A stretch of DNA of 42,624 bases. Origin: a virus (Duplodnaviria > Caudoviricetes). Numbering within the stretch: the first letter of the stretch is position 1; each line of letters begins with the position of its first letter. Made by a program: the position numbers and the translations under genes. The notes under the pieces are model-generated. The model ran no database searches, was not told the origin of the DNA, and worked only from the letters and a program-made list of their open reading frames with translations. The stretch spans positions 1 through 42,624 of the IMG/VR virus record IMGVR_UViG_3300015370_001125; one strand, 5' to 3'. Below are positions 8,761 to 18,482 of the stretch, piece after piece.

Positions 8761-10400
8761 TAAATAAAATTTTAATAGGAATACTAGCATTAGTTTTATT
8801 AGCTGTGCCTTTTGTGAGTGCAGATATAGACCTTTTTGATAATATTAATATAAGTAATTATAATATTACTGCTGATAAATTTATCGGGGATGGGAGTTTA
8901 TTGACTAACTTAACGGAAAGCCAAATTGATGACTTACAACATACTGCAGATACGAATAGGACTGATGCGGAAATAAATACCTTGATAGATAATCGTGTTA
9001 TTCAGGCTTTTATAGAGGCATTCGGTTTTGTCACAGGAGCCCACACAGTGGATACAAATAGAAGCGACGCTGATATACTTTCAGTTGCAAGTGTTTATAA
9101 TGATACAACTGCAATAAATGCAAAATTGGATGCAACAGATCAACGCTATAATGAAACAAGTTTAATCGAGTCTGTTAACACAACTTCCAATATTGAAGGT
9201 TTGGGCTTTGTCATAGGAGCACACACAATAGACACTAATCGAAGTGATGCAGAAATAATTAATGTATGCTCAATTTATAATGAAACTAATTGGGTAATTG
9301 CTCAAAGTTATTTGACTTCTGAAAGTGATCCTAATTTATGGACAGTATTATTTAATACAACTGGAGATAATAGATGGTTAGATGATACAACAATAGGCAA
9401 CTGTTCTGGAGATGGATCATGCTCGGGGATAATTTATGATTCTGAAACTTCAGGATGGGATAAAAATGAGAGTAATGATTTTGATGGTATTTGGAGTTCC
9501 TTGACAAGTGTTCCATCTGGATTTTCTGATGATGTTGATAATGACACTTTAGATTCTTTAAGTTGCTCTGCTGATAAAATAGCCAAGTGGAACGCAACAT
9601 CAAGTTTATGGTATTGTGCTGATGATGAAACTGGAACTCCCGGAGCAGGAGATATTGAAGGAGTTTTAACACCCGGGAAATATTTAACAGGAGGATGCAC
9701 AACAGGAACATGCAGTCTATATGCTAATGAATCAGAATTAAACAACACTTATGTCCCTTATTCCGGAGCCATTGGAAATGTGAATATTTCTCCCTATACA
9801 CTTTTTATGCAATCTTTTCAAGCATATGGATCAGCCCAAATAGATGGCAGTCTTGATCTTTATGGAACTCTTAACTTTGATGGATTGTGGGCCTTGGAAG
9901 GAGATAACATTGACGTAGGAGCAGGATGGGTTCCAGAAACAGATGATATGTTTCCTCTTGGAAATTCTTCTAGGAGATGGACAGCAGGATGGTTTTCCGG
10001 GAATGTAACTGCTGATTATTTTATTGGAGATGGTAGTTGGTTGACAGGAATTCCATTATATACTCACCTTTCTAATTTTACTGATGATATTGGAGTAAGT
10101 GCTGACTGGGATGAAATAGGTGATGTGCCAATTGCAACTCCAAGTGATGGGGATACAACACATTTGTCAACAGCAGATCAAATTTATGATTGGATTATAG
10201 GATTAGGATATATTACTGATGCAAATGTTGCTTACATAAATGAATCAAATACTTTTTCAGAAGAGCAATTTTTTAGTGCAGGGATAAATATCACACAAGG
10301 AAATAATCTTACGATTGGCGCCTGTCAAGAATCTTGGAATGGTACTTGTTTAAACACTTATTGTGCAGGCACACTTATCCAATCAATAGGATGCGCTTAA
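8754..10400 (+). CDS. Secreted fibre-like glycoprotein (signal peptide, internal repeats)
   Basis: N-terminal KILIGILALVLLAVPFVSA signal peptide; 3x HTxDTNRxDAxI; 2x TAD(K/Y)FIGDGSxLT; many N-x-S/T sequons. Confidence 0.75.
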   Translation: MVINKILIGILALVLLAVPFVSADIDLFDNINISNYNITADKFIGDGSLLTNLTESQIDDLQHTADTNRTDAEINTLIDNRVIQAFIEAFGFVTGAHTVDTNRSDADILSVASVYNDTTAINAKLDATDQRYNETSLIESVNTTSNIEGLGFVIGAHTIDTNRSDAEIINVCSIYNETNWVIAQSYLTSESDPNLWTVLFNTTGDNRWLDDTTIGNCSGDGSCSGIIYDSETSGWDKNESNDFDGIWSSLTSVPSGFSDDVDNDTLDSLSCSADKIAKWNATSSLWYCADDETGTPGAGDIEGVLTPGKYLTGGCTTGTCSLYANESELNNTYVPYSGAIGNVNISPYTLFMQSFQAYGSAQIDGSLDLYGTLNFDGLWALEGDNIDVGAGWVPETDDMFPLGNSSRRWTAGWFSGNVTADYFIGDGSWLTGIPLYTHLSNFTDDIGVSADWDEIGDVPIATPSDGDTTHLSTADQIYDWIIGLGYITDANVAYINESNTFSEEQFFSAGINITQGNNLTIGACQESWNGTCLNTYCAGTLIQSIGCA

Positions 10401-10401
10401 A

Positions 10402-13400
10402 ATGGCAGGCAGAAGATGGTTGAAAATAGGTGGTGGAATAGCAGCAAGTGTTACAACAATCATAGGCCTCTTCCTTCTTTTACAAACTCAATTTGGATTT
10501 GAAATTAATGACTTGACTGGAAATTTTACTTGCCTTGGAACATATGAGAATCCATGTATTTCAGAATTTGAAGTGAGAAATCCTACAATGTATAATGTTG
10601 ATATTTATTCAAAGGATCAAGTAAAACTTAATTTTAGCCCTGAGATAAAAGATTGGGCGTTATTTGTACCTGATGGAAGGTGCAGTGCTACAGGAAAATG
10701 CGCTTGTGAATTAAAGAACGGCCAAAGACTAGGATTTGAAGATTGGAGATGCGTCGATTTTACTAATAAAACAAAACCAAGAGCAGACAGGGTTTATAAT
10801 TTTAGGTTTAAGAGATATTCAACAACGAAATTCAAGCTGGCTGGAATTAAGAAAGATCCTAGAAATACAATTAAGTGGACATTTGGAGCAAAAGGCGGAG
10901 AATTAGATCCTCTTTGGAAAGGATTCTCTGATGAAACAGATATTAATAAAAATGCAAATTATAAAAAAACTTCTTTAAGCAACTTCTCAATAGCCTCCCC
11001 TAATTCAGTTAAATGCACTTGGGGTTTAGACGGAAAAAAACACTGTAATACTATAATTATAATAGAAAATGGGCTTAATCAAACATATAAGTTTGACAAA
11101 GAAAAGATAAATATTCCATTTGATAGAGCAGCTCAGAACCTTAAACTAGAATATTCAACAAATTTTACAAAAGTTCAAAAAGAGATTCTTGATTGGGATT
11201 GCATAGAAAAAGAATCAGAAAAGGAAAGAAATATGACTATTGAAAGGGCAAGGGAAATAGATGATATCTCAAAAGAAGAAGATTATTTTCAAAGTATCTG
11301 CAAAGAAGAAATTATAGATTATGAGTTTACAGATTGGCAACCTTTAATTTTAAGCAATTTGGATCAGGTTTCAGCAAATTCTGTAATTGGTATAAAACTG
11401 CAATTTGATACAGAACTTTGGAGAGGACTTAAAGCAAAGAATAATTTTAATATTAGTTTAATGGGACAGGATTTTGACTTAGTTCTCGATCCAGAAATAG
11501 ATGATTGTATGGATATTACTGCAAGTGGGGCTTATACATTAAACCAAACGATTACTATGGGGACAACACCTTGTTTAAATATTAGTGCAAATAATGTCGT
11601 TCTTGATTGTGATGGTTACAAAATTGATGGAACCTCAACTGGATCTGCTATTTATGTGAGAAGGGCTACGGGCCAAGATGTAAATGTGACAATTTTAGAT
11701 TGTTCTGTCGATGATACAACGTATGCTCTTGATATTAGAAATGCAAATAATCTCAATGTCACAAATTTTTATTCATGGTCTGCAGGAACATATGGAATAT
11801 ATACATATACTTCTGATTTAGGAGTTTATAAAAACATTACAGTAGATGGAGATAATGATCCAACTTACGGAATATATTATTATGAAGGAGATAATGGAAA
11901 GATTACAGATTTGATACTTTATGATGCGACCACACAAAATTTTAGAAGTTATGATTCAGTAGGGCTTAATTTTACAAATGTGTTAAGCTATTCAGGGCCA
12001 AGAGGGATGGTCCTTAGATATCCTTATTCAGGAATAGCCAATATTAATATTATTAATTTAACAACTTATGATAACACTTACACTGGACTTCAATTAGATC
12101 AAATAAGTGATGTTGATGTTTCAAACTCAAAAATTTATAATAATTCTCAGTATGATTTTGATATGTCTCCTTCAGTAGCAAGCCATTGTGACGGCCATTC
12201 ATTTACAAACGTGAATATTACGGATTCAAAAGGGGGTATCACTGGCACAATAACCTACAAAGATTCTGCAAGCCAAACAATTGAAAATGATGATTTTGAA
12301 TTAATTGTTTTTTGCGATGCAGATAATTCTGTTATAAACAATGTGACCATTAAGGGATATTCAGGGGATGCAAAAAATGGACTTCTTATTTATTTAACAG
12401 ATGGGTTAAACATTACAAACAGTATTTTTAATTATACATATGATGGAATTGCCTATGATGGTGGAGATTCATTTAATGGATTAATAAAAAATAATCAATT
12501 TTATAATACACAAAGATATGATCTTACTATAAATTCTTATGGAAATGGAGTTGATGTTATTAATAATTCATTTACTTCAACTATTTATGCAGGAGCCCAA
12601 AATATAATTATTATTAACAATACATTTGTGACTGGAACAGATTATGTTATTTATGAAGGAGCAGATGCAGACAGCACTGTGATCTATAATAATATTTTTA
12701 ATAAAAGTAATGGAGCTCCCTATGTAGATTCATCATCAGGAGCAGATATTCCTTATAATACTTCACAACAAGCAGGTGGAAGAATTGTAGGAAATGGAAC
12801 AGATATAGGGGGAAATGTTTATTATAATTCTACAGGAGGTTATTATCTTGATTGTGCAGATTCAAATATGAATGGAATTTGTGACAACTCTCTTGATATG
12901 GGGGATGTTGTATCTGAAGCAATTGATTATCTTGCTTTAAGTGATGAATACATTGCAGACGCATTTAATCCTTGGTGGATAATTGGTTCAAACTCTACAA
13001 ATGACACAACTGCTAATACAAATATATTATTTAGTCTTAACTGGAAGGATGACATAGTTCTTGACAAATATATTTTTAGTTGGAGAAATGGAGGCAACTG
13101 GACATTAGATAATTCTTCATCAGATCAAGAATCAGGAACTCAATCAGAAGAAGGTCAATCTGGTGAGGGAGGAACCCCTTCAGAATATTATGATGATTTT
13201 GAAAGCGATTTTGGTCATTGGGCAGTACATCAAGGAATAAACTGTCCAGATGCAGACGCATGGGGAGATAGGGGAACAAGTACACCTTCTAGTAGCACAG
13301 GTCCTCAAAGTGGGGGGGTTGGAGGTGCTGGCACTTATTTTATTTTTGTAGAATCATCCTCAGGAAATTGTTATGACACTGGAGATATTGCCTTAGTTTA

Positions 13401-14496
13401 TTTTAATACAACTTTAGATTATGATTCTAGTTCTGGTGAAAAAATAGAATTTTATTTTGATGCATATGGTGCTACTATTGACGATTTATATTTAGAAGAA
13501 AACAGCACTGGCTCTTGGGTAAAATTATGGGAGATGCATGACATAAGTAATGACTATTGGAATTTTACAAGTATTGATTTATCAAGTTTAACAGGCGCAG
13601 GAACTTTAAGATTTAATTATACAAGAACAAGCACAGGCTATACAAGCGATATTGCATTAGATAGAATTAATGTAACTACATCAGGAGGGGGAGTAGAAGA
13701 TAACGAGGCCAACAAAACAGCAATTACTTATTCTAATGTATTGTCTGGAGGATATGATGAAGTTAAAAACATAACAACAACTGTTTATGTTTCTTATTAC
13801 AATAATTCAGGGTCAGAGGAAAATGGAAATAATAATGCAACTTTGTGGCTTGAAATTTATAACGGGAGTGATTGGCTAGATGAAGGAGATTTTTCTGTTA
13901 ATGGAGATAATCAGAATTTCTCAATAACAACTACAACAGCATCAATTCTTACCGGTTGGGAAACTGATGCAAATAGAAATGCGAGAATTTCTGCAAGGTA
14001 TATAGATTATAACTCAACAACAAATGAATCAGATGTAATTAATTGGACAGGAATTTGGGTTAGCATGTTTACAGAGCAAGAATGGTTTAATGAATCAGAA
14101 ATTTCTTTTGTAACAGGAGATTGTACAAATGATTCTAAAACTGATTGTTGGAGCAACAGTAGTCATACAGTTACTTCAGATGTGGGTGCATTGATTGAAT
14201 GGAGATATTATGTTTGGGATGGAGTTGAAAAAACAAATTATAGTGATATATTTTCATTCGTGACGACTGGGGGCGCAGAAGATAGTTGTACTTATACTGG
14301 TGGGAATTGGAATGTTGACTGCTCAGATAATTGTGTAATAAGTTCTGATGTTACGATTGACGGATCAAATATTTATATGACTGGGACTGGAACATTTACA
14401 ATCAACAATGGAGTTAAAATTTCTGGATGGACTTATAGATATACTGACAGAACTTGTTATGTCAAGGCTTTTGGCTCTGGAGGATTTTTCCAATAA
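10402..14496 (+). CDS. Large membrane-anchored/secreted adhesin-like protein (right-handed beta-helix plus MAM-like domain)
   Basis: N-terminal hydrophobic segment; NosD/pectin-lyase-like region (CLNISANNVVLDCDG...IGGNVY); MAM-like DDFE...TPSSSTGP...YFIFVESS...DIALDRI; sequon-rich. Confidence 0.75.
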   Translation: MAGRRWLKIGGGIAASVTTIIGLFLLLQTQFGFEINDLTGNFTCLGTYENPCISEFEVRNPTMYNVDIYSKDQVKLNFSPEIKDWALFVPDGRCSATGKCACELKNGQRLGFEDWRCVDFTNKTKPRADRVYNFRFKRYSTTKFKLAGIKKDPRNTIKWTFGAKGGELDPLWKGFSDETDINKNANYKKTSLSNFSIASPNSVKCTWGLDGKKHCNTIIIIENGLNQTYKFDKEKINIPFDRAAQNLKLEYSTNFTKVQKEILDWDCIEKESEKERNMTIERAREIDDISKEEDYFQSICKEEIIDYEFTDWQPLILSNLDQVSANSVIGIKLQFDTELWRGLKAKNNFNISLMGQDFDLVLDPEIDDCMDITASGAYTLNQTITMGTTPCLNISANNVVLDCDGYKIDGTSTGSAIYVRRATGQDVNVTILDCSVDDTTYALDIRNANNLNVTNFYSWSAGTYGIYTYTSDLGVYKNITVDGDNDPTYGIYYYEGDNGKITDLILYDATTQNFRSYDSVGLNFTNVLSYSGPRGMVLRYPYSGIANINIINLTTYDNTYTGLQLDQISDVDVSNSKIYNNSQYDFDMSPSVASHCDGHSFTNVNITDSKGGITGTITYKDSASQTIENDDFELIVFCDADNSVINNVTIKGYSGDAKNGLLIYLTDGLNITNSIFNYTYDGIAYDGGDSFNGLIKNNQFYNTQRYDLTINSYGNGVDVINNSFTSTIYAGAQNIIIINNTFVTGTDYVIYEGADADSTVIYNNIFNKSNGAPYVDSSSGADIPYNTSQQAGGRIVGNGTDIGGNVYYNSTGGYYLDCADSNMNGICDNSLDMGDVVSEAIDYLALSDEYIADAFNPWWIIGSNSTNDTTANTNILFSLNWKDDIVLDKYIFSWRNGGNWTLDNSSSDQESGTQSEEGQSGEGGTPSEYYDDFESDFGHWAVHQGINCPDADAWGDRGTSTPSSSTGPQSGGVGGAGTYFIFVESSSGNCYDTGDIALVYFNTTLDYDSSSGEKIEFYFDAYGATIDDLYLEENSTGSWVKLWEMHDISNDYWNFTSIDLSSLTGAGTLRFNYTRTSTGYTSDIALDRINVTTSGGGVEDNEANKTAITYSNVLSGGYDEVKNITTTVYVSYYNNSGSEENGNNNATLWLEIYNGSDWLDEGDFSVNGDNQNFSITTTTASILTGWETDANRNARISARYIDYNSTTNESDVINWTGIWVSMFTEQEWFNESEISFVTGDCTNDSKTDCWSNSSHTVTSDVGALIEWRYYVWDGVEKTNYSDIFSFVTTGGAEDSCTYTGGNWNVDCSDNCVISSDVTIDGSNIYMTGTGTFTINNGVKISGWTYRYTDRTCYVKAFGSGGFFQ

Positions 14497-14498
14497 TC

Positions 14499-14550
14499 AA
14501 CCTTCCATTTTTTGAGAATATTCTTAATTTTTGAAATATTGTTTTTAAGT
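14499..14550 (+). promoter_or_regulatory. Conserved late-promoter module, copy 2 (upstream of prohead protease)
   Basis: 52-bp near-identical copy of 5945-5996; TATA-like TTTTTAAG about 20 nt before ATG 14571. Confidence 0.8.
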
Positions 14551-14570
14551 AAAATATAGTTCTTATCTCT

Positions 14571-15479
14571 ATGAAACAAGAGGTATTTACAGTTTATTCA
14601 GACCCTATTGCTTTTGGAGAAATTCAAGAGAAGGGTGAAAAAAAGTTTATTGCCGAAGGGTTTATTTCTACATCCGAGAGAGATTTAGTTGATGATGTTG
14701 TAACTGACAGAGCTCTTGACAGTATGATGAATCAGATGAAATCAAGAGTTATAAAATTAGATTTTGAACATGAAGCTTTTCGAGGGGAAACTGATCTTGA
14801 AATGGAGATTAATAAAACTCGTATGACTTTGGCAAAAGCTGTTGACTTTGCGCGTATTAAGGATGGGGAAAGGAATGGTGTTAAAGTAAGATGGGAATTT
14901 AACGATACTTGGAAAAAATTTGATTCTAAAGGTGATGTTGTTATGAATTTTTTAGACATTAAAAAAAATGTTGAGAAAGGATTTTATGATGCTTTCAGTA
15001 TAGCTTTTGTTCCTACTAAATCTGTTAAAAAAAATATGAAAGATGGTTCTTTGGTGAGATTATTGGATGGTATGAACCTTCTTAATGTGGCCCTTACAGG
15101 AAACCCGATTAATCCGGGGGCTTCAATGACTAATGTTTTTCTGAAATCTTTGAAATCTTTGAATGATTCAGGAGATAAAATAAAATTAAAAAGGAGGATG
15201 AAGGACATGCCAGAGGAAGAAACAAACGACGAGTCTCAAAGCAATGCAGAATCAGAAACTCAGGAAGAAACTGAAGAGCAATCTGAAGAAGGTAGCGCTG
15301 AGAAAAAGGCCAATGAATTGAATGGTGTTGAAGTGAAATCAAGGTTAGATGCATTAGAGAAATCTGTTGCGAACATTGAGAAAGCACTTAACAAGCCTGT
15401 TCAGAAAGCTATCTCAGAACAAAAACCAAAAGATGCTAATGTTGAAGAGAAAGCTGTTGAACCTCTTGACCTTATCTAA
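14571..15479 (+). CDS. HK97-type prohead protease with acidic C-terminal scaffold region
   Basis: EGFIST...DLVDDVV, H in FEHE, AFSIAF, LLNVALTGNPINPGA; located before the MCP; acidic, coiled-coil tail. Confidence 0.85.
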   Translation: MKQEVFTVYSDPIAFGEIQEKGEKKFIAEGFISTSERDLVDDVVTDRALDSMMNQMKSRVIKLDFEHEAFRGETDLEMEINKTRMTLAKAVDFARIKDGERNGVKVRWEFNDTWKKFDSKGDVVMNFLDIKKNVEKGFYDAFSIAFVPTKSVKKNMKDGSLVRLLDGMNLLNVALTGNPINPGASMTNVFLKSLKSLNDSGDKIKLKRRMKDMPEEETNDESQSNAESETQEETEEQSEEGSAEKKANELNGVEVKSRLDALEKSVANIEKALNKPVQKAISEQKPKDANVEEKAVEPLDLI

Positions 15480-15482
15480 AAA

Positions 15483-16625
15483 ATGAGTTATCAAGATTTA
15501 GAAGCGGGCCAAGTAGGGACATATGAGATGCCAAGTATTGATTTAAAATCAACTTACTCACACTCATTTGGTTACTTGCCTGATAAGACGCAATACATTA
15601 ACCACTGGAAAGGTGTTGATGGAAGGGCTAATTTGAAGGGGCTTTTTAGCAAGGGTATGAAAGCTCTTACTACAAGCACTGGTGGAAGTGGAACAGCTGG
15701 TAATGCAATGGTTCCGGTTTTTTTAGACCCAAGAATTGTTGACATAACTAGAAAAGAAACTCCATTAGTTGAGTTAATCCCTCGTGTATCAAACATGGGG
15801 CTTACAGCAGACTTCAATAGGTTAACTGCAAAAGGTGGCGCATTTACTGCGGCAGAAGATGCAGTTATGGCTGAAACAAATGACACTTATGTCAGAGTTA
15901 GCAAAGCTATCAAATTTGTATATGCAGTTGGTAGAGTTACTGGTCCAAGTCAAGCAGCATATCCGTCTTTCATACTTCAAGGTCTTTTGTCAACTGGGTC
16001 TGGTTTAGGAGAGAATCCTTTCTCACCTGCTTCAGCTCCAAATGCAAGACAACTTGAAGTACAAGTCAAAGCTCAGTCTTTGAGGGAAAAGGAAGAGGAC
16101 TTGATAATCAATGGTGATTCATCAAGCGATGCTACTGAATATGATGGTATTGTTGTGCAACAAAGTACAACTAACCAAAATGATCTTAGTAGTGCAGCTC
16201 TAACTTGGGACGATATCGAAACAACCGCAAGAACAGCATTTGATAATGGTGGAAGACCTAAGATCGCTGTTGCTTCTAGTTCTGTTTTACAGGACATAAG
16301 GACAATAATGATTGATACTTTCAGATACAGCCCAGCTGATATGAGAGCAGGTGCAGAACTGCCATTTGGTGTAAGTGCAACTCTTGTATTGCAGACAATG
16401 GTCGGAAATATTCCAGTAATTCCAAGCAGATTCTTATCAAATACCTCAGGTTCTAAGCAGATTTATTTCTTAGACACTGATTGGATTGAGATGAGAGTTC
16501 TTTTGGATATAACTTTTGAAGAATTAGCGAAAACTAATGATAGTCAAAAGTTTATGCTGAAAATTTACGAATGTCTCGTTTTGAGAGCACCCACGTTCAA
16601 TAGTTTTATTGACAACATTGCGTAA
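15483..16625 (+). CDS. Major capsid protein (HK97 fold)
   Basis: 380 aa after the protease; GNAMVP..LDPRI, EEDLIINGD....EYDGI, IPVIPSRFL, IYFLD motifs. Confidence 0.92.
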   Translation: MSYQDLEAGQVGTYEMPSIDLKSTYSHSFGYLPDKTQYINHWKGVDGRANLKGLFSKGMKALTTSTGGSGTAGNAMVPVFLDPRIVDITRKETPLVELIPRVSNMGLTADFNRLTAKGGAFTAAEDAVMAETNDTYVRVSKAIKFVYAVGRVTGPSQAAYPSFILQGLLSTGSGLGENPFSPASAPNARQLEVQVKAQSLREKEEDLIINGDSSSDATEYDGIVVQQSTTNQNDLSSAALTWDDIETTARTAFDNGGRPKIAVASSSVLQDIRTIMIDTFRYSPADMRAGAELPFGVSATLVLQTMVGNIPVIPSRFLSNTSGSKQIYFLDTDWIEMRVLLDITFEELAKTNDSQKFMLKIYECLVLRAPTFNSFIDNIA

Positions 16626-16626
16626 A

Positions 16627-16670
16627 ACTTTTTTGTTATTTTTTAGTTTTCAAAAATTTGTTTTTTGTTT
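16627..16670 (+). terminator. Oligo-T archaeal terminator/attenuator after the MCP gene
   Basis: Several T4-T6 runs immediately after the MCP stop. Confidence 0.45.
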
Positions 16671-16719
16671 TACGAGAAAAAATAACGCAAACAAAAATTA
16701 AAATGGAGGACAAAAAGAC

Positions 16720-16980
16720 ATGGCAGCTATAAGTTTAAACGATTGTACTGTGACCAACACAGATGTCGGGGCATTGAAGCTTGTAAAGATAGTAACCCCT
16801 GCAACTGCTGATAATGGAGATACAATTGATGTTTCTTCACTGTACAAGAACGGATGTTTTGTAATAGCGTCTAGTGCAACTGATACAGCAGCTTTGGGAA
16901 CTGGTGCATATGGAACGACCATAACCTTAGGTGGCGCAACAGCAAATGAAGCTAGAACAATCATCGCGGTTGGTGAATAG
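16720..16980 (+). CDS. Small putative capsid decoration/minor structural protein
   Basis: GGAGG SD; A/T/G-rich beta protein immediately after the MCP. Confidence 0.55.
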   Translation: MAAISLNDCTVTNTDVGALKLVKIVTPATADNGDTIDVSSLYKNGCFVIASSATDTAALGTGAYGTTITLGGATANEARTIIAVGE

Positions 16981-17001
16981 TTGTCTATTTTGAAAATCAA
17001 A

Positions 17002-17457
17002 ATGGGCTTCGATAAAGTGATTAACAATAATATTCACTTTCATAACATTCATCAAGTTGTTACAGCTTCGGGTTGGGTGCATTCTGGAAATGGCACAATT
17101 ACGCTGGCGAATAACCTAAGCACAAAAATCTTTACAATTCCGATCACCGGTCTTAAAAAGGATCAGAAGATTAAGGGATTTAGGATTCTTGGAGCTCTTG
17201 GAGCAACAACAAATGCAACAGTTGTTGACGCTGATTTGAGAAAGGTTACAAAAGGAGCTGGTGCAGTTACAGACAGCTCTATTGGTGCTATTACCCAAGT
17301 TTCTGTTACAACAGATACAGCTCTTGATGCTGAAAAATCAGGATTTGATGAAAGAATACTTGATGACTTTCAGTATTACGTTAAGGTAACTGGTACAACA
17401 GGGCTGAATGTAGCATGTGATATTGCAATCACCGGCGTTGAAGTGGACATTGATTAA
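17002..17457 (+). CDS. Putative structural beta-sandwich protein
   Basis: Lies in the head module; beta-rich; start uncertain (TTG 16981 or ATG 17002). Confidence 0.55.
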   Translation: MGFDKVINNNIHFHNIHQVVTASGWVHSGNGTITLANNLSTKIFTIPITGLKKDQKIKGFRILGALGATTNATVVDADLRKVTKGAGAVTDSSIGAITQVSVTTDTALDAEKSGFDERILDDFQYYVKVTGTTGLNVACDIAITGVEVDID

Positions 17458-17532
17458 TTTATTTTTTTATTTTTTGAATGGGTTTGACTAAACCCTAATT
17501 AGTCATAAATAAATGAAAGGAGAAAAACAGAA

Positions 17533-17907
17533 ATGATACGACAATACAGAATAGAATCGGGCGCATTAGATGGAACTGGCACAGCAACAGCTTACAGCCC
17601 ACTTATAAATGGGAAGATTTTGTCTGTTGAAGTGAATTATCCTTCAAATGCCTGCACTGTTGACATTGACAGCCAAGAAGGTGTAAGTCAAAAAATACTT
17701 GATTTAGCTTCTGCAAGCACTGATGCTGTCGTTTATCCGAGAGTTGCTTTAGAAGATAATACTGGAACTGCTTTGGATTTAAGCGATACTGAGGGCGGAG
17801 ATACTGCTGTTTATGGACATTTTATTGTGCATGGAAGATTGAAGTTGACTATTGCATCAGGAACACAAAATGATGAAGTTGTTGTATTTGTTAATGTAGA
17901 ATCTTGA
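17533..17907 (+). CDS. Putative structural protein
   Basis: AGGAG SD; acidic beta-rich composition; head module. Confidence 0.55.
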   Translation: MIRQYRIESGALDGTGTATAYSPLINGKILSVEVNYPSNACTVDIDSQEGVSQKILDLASASTDAVVYPRVALEDNTGTALDLSDTEGGDTAVYGHFIVHGRLKLTIASGTQNDEVVVFVNVES

Positions 17908-17908
17908 A

Positions 17909-18301
17909 ATGGAATTTGTTAATAAGAACAAAGATGTCAAGGTTAGACAAACAGATCCTAATGGCTATGTTTGGAAGACTGTAAGAACTGGTGAATCTAT
18001 CAAATTGCCTCAATCTGTTGGTCTTGCTTATGGGTTCACGCCTAAGAAAGTGACAAAAGGCAAGGCTGGAGAGAAAGAAGTGGAAACTAAGCAGTTTGAG
18101 GATTCTAAAAAAAAAGAAAAAAGTCAGTTTCGGAAGACACTTCAAAAAATTAAAGGAATCGGTGAAAAAACTGCTGAAGATATTCTTAAAGTCTATCAGA
18201 GCGAGAAAGAATTAGTGGACGCCATAGCTGATAATAAACCCCTTCCATTTAGAGATGATATAGAAAAACTTCTTCGAGATTACTATGGCACCAAAAAATA
18301 A
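17909..18301 (+). CDS. Helix-hairpin-helix DNA-binding domain protein
   Basis: LQKIKGIGEKTAEDIL HhH motif. Confidence 0.75.
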   Translation: MEFVNKNKDVKVRQTDPNGYVWKTVRTGESIKLPQSVGLAYGFTPKKVTKGKAGEKEVETKQFEDSKKKEKSQFRKTLQKIKGIGEKTAEDILKVYQSEKELVDAIADNKPLPFRDDIEKLLRDYYGTKK

Positions 18302-18482
18302 TGTTCTTGCAAGAGAAAATCGAATTATGATTGATGACATAAAAGAAGATATTCGTTGCATTAGAAAAGATGTCAATAATTTAGTAAACCATTATTCTAA
18401 AAGACTGCCCGGATGGGCCACAATTATTATCACAATTCTAGGGAGTTTAGTAACGGGATTAATCGTTGCATCAATAAAATGA
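18285..18482 (+). CDS. Small coiled-coil protein with C-terminal TM segment (holin/XhlA-like)
   Basis: Short coiled coil followed by WATIIITILGSLVTGLIVA. Confidence 0.5.
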   Translation: MAPKNNVLARENRIMIDDIKEDIRCIRKDVNNLVNHYSKRLPGWATIIITILGSLVTGLIVASIK

